DNA from: an uncultured Chloroflexia bacterium
Lineage (GTDB): Bacteria > Chloroflexota > Limnocylindria > Limnocylindrales > CSP1-4
Assembly (NCBI GenBank): GCA_963768655.1
Contig: CAVYIM010000004.1
Span: forward strand, 160,001 to 224,000
Length of the DNA: 64,000 nucleotides
Reading direction: 5' to 3'
The notes below the pieces were generated by a model. It worked only from the letters and a program-made list of their open reading frames with translations. It had not been told where the DNA came from and did not search any database. Of this stretch, positions 58,026 through 64,000 are shown in pieces (within the stretch, counting starts at the first letter, position 1; the number at the start of each line of letters is the position of its first letter). The position numbers and the translations under genes are program-made.

Positions 58026-58332
58026 GAGCGACCTCCTCCGACCTAAGAGCTCTCCGCCGGGCGTGACGGTCCCATGTCACCAGGGCACCCGGGCGTCCGA
58101 CAAGCGTCGCAAATGGGGCCGGCTCGCGCGTGCCCGCTGCGCAGCCTTGTGTGGGTAACCGGTGGGCAACTCGAGGGTTCGTCCCCATGTGCCACATCGC
58201 GCCGCGACTCGACCCATCGCCGCGTGACCCAGCGCGCCCGGGCTGGCAATATACGATCAGGCAGGCCGCGCCGCGGGGTCATGGACTGGGCATTGGATCG
58301 CGGCCACCCGAACAGCCAGGCATCGGAGCCAC

Positions 58333-61071
58333 ATGACTACCCGGCCGTCTGCACCTCAGCCATCTCCGACTCCTCAGGCATCTGCGGCCCCGCCGGTCGA
58401 CGCGACAGCGTCCGGCGGCCTGACCTCGGCCGAGGCGGCCCAACGACTCCGCCAGGACGGCCCCAACGCCCTCGGCAGCGAGGGCCGTCGCGGACCTCTG
58501 GCCGTCCTGATCAGCCAGTTCGCCAGTCCGCTGGTCCTGATTCTCGTGGCCGCCAGCGTGGTCAGCGTGGTCGTCGGCGATCGCGTCGAGGCCGGCATCA
58601 TCCTGGCCATCGTCGTGATGAGCGCGCTCCTGGGCTTCGTCCAGGAAGCCCGCTCGGAGGCGGCCGTGGCCGCGCTCCAGGCTCGCCTGGCGTTGCGCGC
58701 GACGGTGCTCAGAGACGGGAAGCGGCAGGAGATTCCCATTCACGACGTCGTCCGAGGCGACGTGGTGATACTCGGCGCGGGCGACATCGTGCCGGCGGAC
58801 GCTCGCGTGCTCGACGCCAATCACCTGTTCATCGACGAGTCGTCGTTGACGGGCGAGTCTGCCGCCGCGCTCAAGACCCCTCGGCCTGGACAGCTCGATC
58901 CAGACAAGGAAGATGACCGGGCCGGGCTGGCCTTCTTCGGGACGAGCGTGGTGAGCGGCACTGGAACGGCCCTCGTCACGGCCACGGGCGCGAGGACCAG
59001 CTACGGGACAATCGCCCACAGGCTCGCCGAACGGGCGCCCGAGACCGACTTCCAGCACGGCGTCCGCGCCTTCAGTCTGCTGATCGGCCGGGTCACGCTA
59101 ATCCTCGTGGTCGGCGTGGTCGCCATCAACATTGCCCGGGGGCGACCGCTGTTCGACGCGTTGCTGTTCTCCATTGCCCTGGCTGTCGGCCTGACGCCTG
59201 AGCTGCTGCCGGCCATCGTCACGCTCAACCTGACCCGCGGAGCGCGCGCCCTGACCGCACACGGCGTCCTGGTCAAGCGCCTGCCGGCGATACAGAACCT
59301 GGGCAGCGTCACCGTCCTCTGCACCGACAAGACGGGCACGCTGACGCTCGGCAAGCTCGAGCTGGTGAAGGCCGTCGGCATCGACAAGGATGACGCGGGG
59401 GAGGCGTCTCGGGCCCTCGAGCTGGCTTACTTGAACAGCTACTTCGAGTCGAGCTTCCAGAATCCGCTCGACACCGCGGTGCTGGCAAGCGCCCCCAAGC
59501 CGGATGACCTGGCAAAGTACCGAAAGCTTGCGGAGCTGCCCTACGACTTCAACCGGCGGATGCTCAGCGTGGTTGTCCAGCGCGGCAGCGAGCCGCCGAT
59601 CCTGGTGACCAAGGGCGCACCCGAAGCGGTCGTGGTGGCATCGAGCACCGTCCGGGAGGACCACACGGCACGGGCCATCCACAAGGCCGAGCACGATCGC
59701 CTGGCGAAGCTCGTCAACGGTTCGTCCGCCGACGGCTTCCGTCTCGTCGCCGTGGGCTCGAGGGTGCTGAGGCCCGACGAGCTTACCGGTCTGCCGCCCG
59801 CGGATACCGTCTCGACCGCCCCGGCGCCGGCCTCGACGGCGACACCGGCTTCGGCCGCGAGCGCCCCCACCCCGACTCCGGTCGGCCTCGCGGACGCTTC
59901 CCGGCTGGAGCGCGACCTCACCTTCGAGGGCGTCATCCTCTTTTCCGACCCGCCCAAGCCGGACGTCGGTGCGGCGATCGCCTCGCTCGCGGCCCAGGGG
60001 ATCGCCCTCAAGATCATCACCGGCGACAACGACCTCGTGGCCCGCCACGTGGCTGGTCTTGTCGGTCTCGAGGTCGACAAAGTCCTGACCGGCGATCAGA
60101 TGCGCAAGCTGACCCACCCGGCGCTGGTGGCCCGGGCGCCCCGCACCACGATCTTCGCGCGCGTCGATCCCGACCAGAAGCTCGAGGTCATCCGCGCCCT
60201 GCGTGAGTCGGGGCACGTGGTCGGCTACATGGGCGACGGCATCAACGACGCCCCGGCGTTGCACGTGGCGGACGTGGGGATCAGCGTCGACAACGCCACA
60301 GATGTCGCCCGTTCCGCGGCCGACATCATCCTCCTGGAGCCGAGCCTGGCGGCCATCAGCCAGGGCGTGACGGAGGGCCGCCGCACCTTCGCCAACACCC
60401 TCAAGTACATCCGGATGGGGACCAGCTCGAACTTCGGCAACATGATCAGCATGGCCGGAGCCGCACTCGTGCTGCCGTATCTGCCCATGTTGCCCAGCCA
60501 GATCCTGCTCAACAACCTCATCTACGACGCATCCCAGACGGCGATCCCGACGGACAACGTGGATGCGGATGTGCAGGCTGAGCCGGCCCGCTGGGACGTC
60601 CATGCCATCGAACGCTTCATGGTCGTCTTCGGGCCGATCTCGTCGATCTTCGACTACATCACCTTCGGCGCGCTGCTCCTGATGCTCGGCACCGACGCCA
60701 AGAACCAGGGCTCGTTCCAGGCCGGCTGGTTCATCGAGTCCCTGTTCACCCAGATCCTGGTGGTGCTGGTCATCCGAACGCGCATGTCGCCGTTCTGGCT
60801 CAGCCGGCCGAGCAAGCAGCTGGGAGCGGCCATCGTGGTGGCACTTGCCGCGGCGGTGATCATCACGCTGAGCCCGCTCGGGTCCGACCTGCTCTCCTTC
60901 GGTGCGCTGCCGTGGCAGTTCTGGCCGCTGCTGGTCGTCCTCGTGGTCGCCTACCTGACCCTCATCGAGATCGCCAAGCGCATCTTCGACCGGCGCGAGG
61001 CGCGGCGACCGGAGGCGGTCGCCCGTCAGAAGGCCAGGACGTTCCTGCGGCCGAGCGCTTCGAGCCAGTAG
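58333..61071 (+). CDS. mgtA: Magnesium-translocating P-type ATPase (P3B)
   Basis: LTGES, LAVGLTPELLP, DKTGTLT, KGAPE, GDGINDAP, SSNFGN, QIL.NNL.YD, FQAGWFIES..TQ. Confidence 0.9.
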   Translation: MTTRPSAPQPSPTPQASAAPPVDATASGGLTSAEAAQRLRQDGPNALGSEGRRGPLAVLISQFASPLVLILVAASVVSVVVGDRVEAGIILAIVVMSALLGFVQEARSEAAVAALQARLALRATVLRDGKRQEIPIHDVVRGDVVILGAGDIVPADARVLDANHLFIDESSLTGESAAALKTPRPGQLDPDKEDDRAGLAFFGTSVVSGTGTALVTATGARTSYGTIAHRLAERAPETDFQHGVRAFSLLIGRVTLILVVGVVAINIARGRPLFDALLFSIALAVGLTPELLPAIVTLNLTRGARALTAHGVLVKRLPAIQNLGSVTVLCTDKTGTLTLGKLELVKAVGIDKDDAGEASRALELAYLNSYFESSFQNPLDTAVLASAPKPDDLAKYRKLAELPYDFNRRMLSVVVQRGSEPPILVTKGAPEAVVVASSTVREDHTARAIHKAEHDRLAKLVNGSSADGFRLVAVGSRVLRPDELTGLPPADTVSTAPAPASTATPASAASAPTPTPVGLADASRLERDLTFEGVILFSDPPKPDVGAAIASLAAQGIALKIITGDNDLVARHVAGLVGLEVDKVLTGDQMRKLTHPALVARAPRTTIFARVDPDQKLEVIRALRESGHVVGYMGDGINDAPALHVADVGISVDNATDVARSAADIILLEPSLAAISQGVTEGRRTFANTLKYIRMGTSSNFGNMISMAGAALVLPYLPMLPSQILLNNLIYDASQTAIPTDNVDADVQAEPARWDVHAIERFMVVFGPISSIFDYITFGALLLMLGTDAKNQGSFQAGWFIESLFTQILVVLVIRTRMSPFWLSRPSKQLGAAIVVALAAAVIITLSPLGSDLLSFGALPWQFWPLLVVLVVAYLTLIEIAKRIFDRREARRPEAVARQKARTFLRPSASSQ

Positions 61072-61970
61072 TCGACGGAGGCGGCCAGGTCGTCGAGGAC
61101 GCCGGCATCGTCCTGCTCGAATGGCGGGATTATCTCGAGGATCAAGGCCACCTCCTCGACGCCGCCCTCGCCCAGGGCGTCGATCACGCGATCGGCGTCG
61201 ATGCGGCCGCGCACGTTCGCCGCCGCCGTGAACGGCCAGTGGTGGTCGCCCTCGGCGTCCGACTGCTGGAGCTGGATCTCGAAGGCCTCCCGACCGAGCT
61301 CCCGCAACCAGGTATACGGATCGCGGTCGGCTCCCGACGTGCCGGCGACGCACATGTGCCCGACGTCCAGCGCGAGCCGGATCGGAACGTGGCCAGCGTC
61401 TCCCTGAGTCAAGAGGTCCTGGATCATGGCCATGGTCGATGGCTCGCGGGCTGCGGCCAGGTTCTCGACCATGAGCGCTGTCTGACCGTGGGCGTGCGCC
61501 TCGGCGGCGAGCTCACGCAGGGAGGCGCGGAGTCCCTCCCATCGCTCCGTTCGCCGGGCTGAATCGTGCCAGTCGCTCACCGAGAGGGCTCCGACGTGCC
61601 CGCCCGTCGCTACTGCGCCGACGCCCTCGCTGAAGAGGATCGCCCGGCCGAACCAATCCCTGGCCCGGGCGCGCTCGTCGGGGCTGGGGCTTAGCAGCAG
61701 GTTCGACGAATAGGCGGCGAGGCCAGTGAAAGTCGAACGGACCGTCAGGCCCGATTGTTGGGCGGCGGCCGTCACCTCGGCGGCCGTCACCTCGGCGGCC
61801 GTCACCTCGGCGGCCAGGGCCGGGATCGAGCCGTCGGCAAGGTCGACCAGGTCGAACGAATGCTCGACCAGCCGCAGGCCGAGCCCGTCTCGGACGATCG
61901 GTGCCCAATCGGCCGGGCGGGGCCAGCGCTTGACCGCGAAGCAGGTGTTGATCCCGAGCTCGAGTTGCAT
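61026..61970 (-). CDS. Sugar-phosphate isomerase/epimerase TIM barrel (AP-endonuclease-2 / EryC-like)
   Basis: GINTCFAVKRW, MVEN, LDVGH, QQSD..GDHHWPF, LILE metal ligands; downstream of an FGGY kinase. Confidence 0.75.
   Translation of the reverse strand: MQLELGINTCFAVKRWPRPADWAPIVRDGLGLRLVEHSFDLVDLADGSIPALAAEVTAAEVTAAEVTAAAQQSGLTVRSTFTGLAAYSSNLLLSPSPDERARARDWFGRAILFSEGVGAVATGGHVGALSVSDWHDSARRTERWEGLRASLRELAAEAHAHGQTALMVENLAAAREPSTMAMIQDLLTQGDAGHVPIRLALDVGHMCVAGTSGADRDPYTWLRELGREAFEIQLQQSDAEGDHHWPFTAAANVRGRIDADRVIDALGEGGVEEVALILEIIPPFEQDDAGVLDDLAASVDYWLEALGRRNVLAF
61764..61815. repeat. In-frame 15-bp tandem repeat x3.5 (AAEVT)
   Basis: GGCGGCCGTCACCTC at 61764, 61779 and 61794, plus a partial copy. 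Confidence 0.9.
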
Positions 61971-62001
61971 CTTCGAACTCCGTTCTCTGGGTTCATGGCC
62001 G

Positions 62002-63576
62002 TCAGCCCGCGGATTCGCCGCGGCGCCGCACCACCGTCGAGGTCGCCAGGTCCGCGTAGGCGCCGTATGCCTGGTCGTAAGAGGAACGCGTCATGGCCGA
62101 GGGCTCGATCGGCGGATCGGGCCTGACGCAGCGGGCGATCGCCTCGTCCACGGTCCGATAGACTCCGGCCCCCAGCCCGGCCAGCATGGCCACTCCGGTG
62201 CCGGCGGCGTCGCCGGGGATGGGCCGGACCGGGAGCCCCGTGACGTCCGCCTTGATCCGATTCCAAGTCGCCAGCCGCGTGTCGCCGCCCGACACGCGCA
62301 GCTCCGTTACGGGGGCGCCTGCCCGGCGGAGCAGCTCCAGCTGACCGCGGATCGCGAAAGCCGCGCCCTCCAGCATCGCCCGCGCCAGAACGGCGCGGCC
62401 GTGCCGCTGCGAGATCCCCGTGAAGGCGGCTCGCAAGTCGGCGTCGGTGCGCTCGCCGTCGCCCAGCACGGGCAGCGCGATCACTCCGTCGGCGCCCGCG
62501 GGGACGGACGCCGCCTCCGCGTCGAGAGCCATGTAGTCGTGCCCGGTGGCATGAGCGGAGCGCCCGCCGTACAGCAGATCGGCCAGCCAGGCCACGGCCG
62601 CGCCGGTCGTGTTGATCCCAGTCTCCGTCGTGAAGAGCCCTGGGATCACGTGCGGGTAGTGGGTGATGAGCAATTCGGTGAGCGGCTCGGGGACGACCGA
62701 ATTCAGGCAAGTGGAGGAGCCGGCCATCTCGCTGACCGGCCCCGGCTCCACGACGCCGGCCCCAAGAGCGCAGGCCTGCGAGTCGGCGCCGCCCAGGATG
62801 ACCGGCATCGGTCGTGCCAGTCTGAACCGCTTGACGAGCGCGGGTCGCAGCTCCCCGATCACTTCGCTGGAGCGCCGGATCGGCGGGAGCGCGGCCGGGT
62901 CGATCGCCAGCGCCGCCAGCATCTCCGTGCTCCACTCGCCCGCACGCAGGTCGTAGAGCAGGGTCGCCGCGGCGTGAGTGCCGTCCGTGGCGGCGACTCC
63001 GGTGAGAGCCTGGGCCGCCAGATCGCGCGGCTGGAGGAACAGCGGGTCCCTCGCCCACATCTCCGGCCGGTGGAGGCGCAGCCACATCATCTTCGGAGCG
63101 ATGTGGAAGGCAGCGGGCAGGTGCCCCGTGAGCAAGTGGACCCGCTCGTCGCCAAAGCGTTCGCGGATCTCGGCCGCCTCGGCCGTGGCGCGGTTGTCGC
63201 GGTACATCAACCCGGGTCCGAGCGGCACGCCGTTGCGATCTACCGGCACGACGGACGGGCACTGGCCGGTCAGCCCGATGGCGAGTATCCGGACGTTGCC
63301 GCTGGCGCCCCCACGGGCGCCTCCACGGGCCCCGGCCGCGCGGCCCGCATCCGTCGCCCCATCGCCATTCAGCCGCCTTATCGCCTCGCCCAGCGCCCCA
63401 AGGGCGGCCGACCGCCAGAGCGCGGCGTCCTGCTCGGCCCAGCCCGGCGCCGGAGTGATGATGGGGTAGCCGCGGCGGACCTCGAGCAGCAGGTGTCCGT
63501 CCAGGTCGAATGCCAGGGCGCGCGCGCCTGAGGTTCCGACGTCGATCGCCAGCAGAACCTCGCCCGGAGCGGACAT
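62002..63576 (-). CDS. FGGY-family carbohydrate kinase (xylulokinase-like)
   Basis: AIDVGTSGAR, GWAEQD, TGQ, YRDNR, GGADSQ, GER, RAMLEG, VSGG. Confidence 0.9.
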   Translation of the reverse strand: MSAPGEVLLAIDVGTSGARALAFDLDGHLLLEVRRGYPIITPAPGWAEQDAALWRSAALGALGEAIRRLNGDGATDAGRAAGARGGARGGASGNVRILAIGLTGQCPSVVPVDRNGVPLGPGLMYRDNRATAEAAEIRERFGDERVHLLTGHLPAAFHIAPKMMWLRLHRPEMWARDPLFLQPRDLAAQALTGVAATDGTHAAATLLYDLRAGEWSTEMLAALAIDPAALPPIRRSSEVIGELRPALVKRFRLARPMPVILGGADSQACALGAGVVEPGPVSEMAGSSTCLNSVVPEPLTELLITHYPHVIPGLFTTETGINTTGAAVAWLADLLYGGRSAHATGHDYMALDAEAASVPAGADGVIALPVLGDGERTDADLRAAFTGISQRHGRAVLARAMLEGAAFAIRGQLELLRRAGAPVTELRVSGGDTRLATWNRIKADVTGLPVRPIPGDAAGTGVAMLAGLGAGVYRTVDEAIARCVRPDPPIEPSAMTRSSYDQAYGAYADLATSTVVRRRGESAG

Positions 63577-63577
63577 C

Positions 63578-64000
63578 TCACCCTCGTACGAGCTGGTGGG
63601 CCGAGACCTTGTCCTTCTCCAGCGTGATCAGTGCGCCGTTCAGCGTCCCGGTCGAGTAGTCGCTGCCGGGATTGATGGCGATCGTCCGACCCAGGCGCCG
63701 GATCCCCGACGCTTCGTGGATGTGGCCGTGCAGACCAAGGAGCGGCTGGCGAGCGGTCAACAGGTCGCATACCGCCGTGCTCCCGACCGGCGCCATCTTG
63801 ACCTGGCCCAGGACCTGCTGGACCTGCAGGTTCTCGTCCAGCACCGGAGCGTCGTCGAGCTGGGTGTCGAAGGGTGGGACGTGAACGTTGACGATCGCCT
63901 GCTCCGGGCGGGTCAGCTGACTGGCCAGCCCATCCAGCGAGATCGTCAACTCGGGCTCGCTCTGCTCGCGGTAGCTATGCCAGGGCGTGATGTTCGAGAA
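63578..64000 (-). CDS. Metallophosphoesterase (Icc-like), 5'-truncated by window edge
   Basis: Frame is open to the window end (FSNITPWHSYREQSEPELT...); HVPP, VGS.AV, GLHGHIHE, INPGS. Confidence 0.8.
   Translation of the reverse strand, partial: FSNITPWHSYREQSEPELTISLDGLASQLTRPEQAIVNVHVPPFDTQLDDAPVLDENLQVQQVLGQVKMAPVGSTAVCDLLTARQPLLGLHGHIHEASGIRRLGRTIAINPGSDYSTGTLNGALITLEKDKVSAHQLVRG

Noticed and set aside
58030-58330. PyrR attenuator for the permease or Mg2+ riboswitch/leader for mgtA
   Set aside because: No PyrR-binding loop consensus, U-tailed terminator, M-box features or convincing Pro-rich leader could be identified by eye.

Overview
This is a high-GC bacterial chromosomal window. Gene content and style suggest an anaerobe-capable Chloroflexota/Actinomycetota-like soil or sediment organism (inference only). 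From left to right it holds: the 3' part of a GH31 alpha-xylosidase; a translationally coupled minus-strand hdrC-hdrB-hdrA-mvhD-mvhG-mvhA operon (heterodisulfide reductase plus group 3c-type [NiFe] hydrogenase), followed by a maturation protease, a zinc-finger-less HypA and two Cys-bearing ACT-domain paralogs; an M20 peptidase and ilvD; a PadR / HAAS-membrane-protein pair plus a fused PadR-HAAS-membrane paralog; and leuCD. Next is a 13-kb, 4331-aa secreted RHS/YD protein whose post-DPxG region (~3200 aa) carries a Gly-rich hydrophobic segment, a beta/gamma-crystallin-like domain, ~3 apparently identical 966-bp Kelch-like propellers and 21 Cys-paired FN3 domains, with no immunity gene downstream. 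After it come a GH3 glucosidase; a small membrane ORF-GT87-MMPL cluster; an attenuator-controlled ilvBNC-leuB-cimA-pheA operon; a PilZ protein divergent from a tasA-like/sipW/second-substrate operon (last gene frameshifted); an orphan lysine-5,6-aminomutase alpha-like gene; a second GT87; upp; a uracil/xanthine permease; a Mg2+ P-type ATPase; and the end of a sugar epimerase/kinase/phosphoesterase operon. No rRNA, tRNA, CRISPR array, transposase or integrase was seen. All family calls rest on motif recognition by eye; no database search was run.
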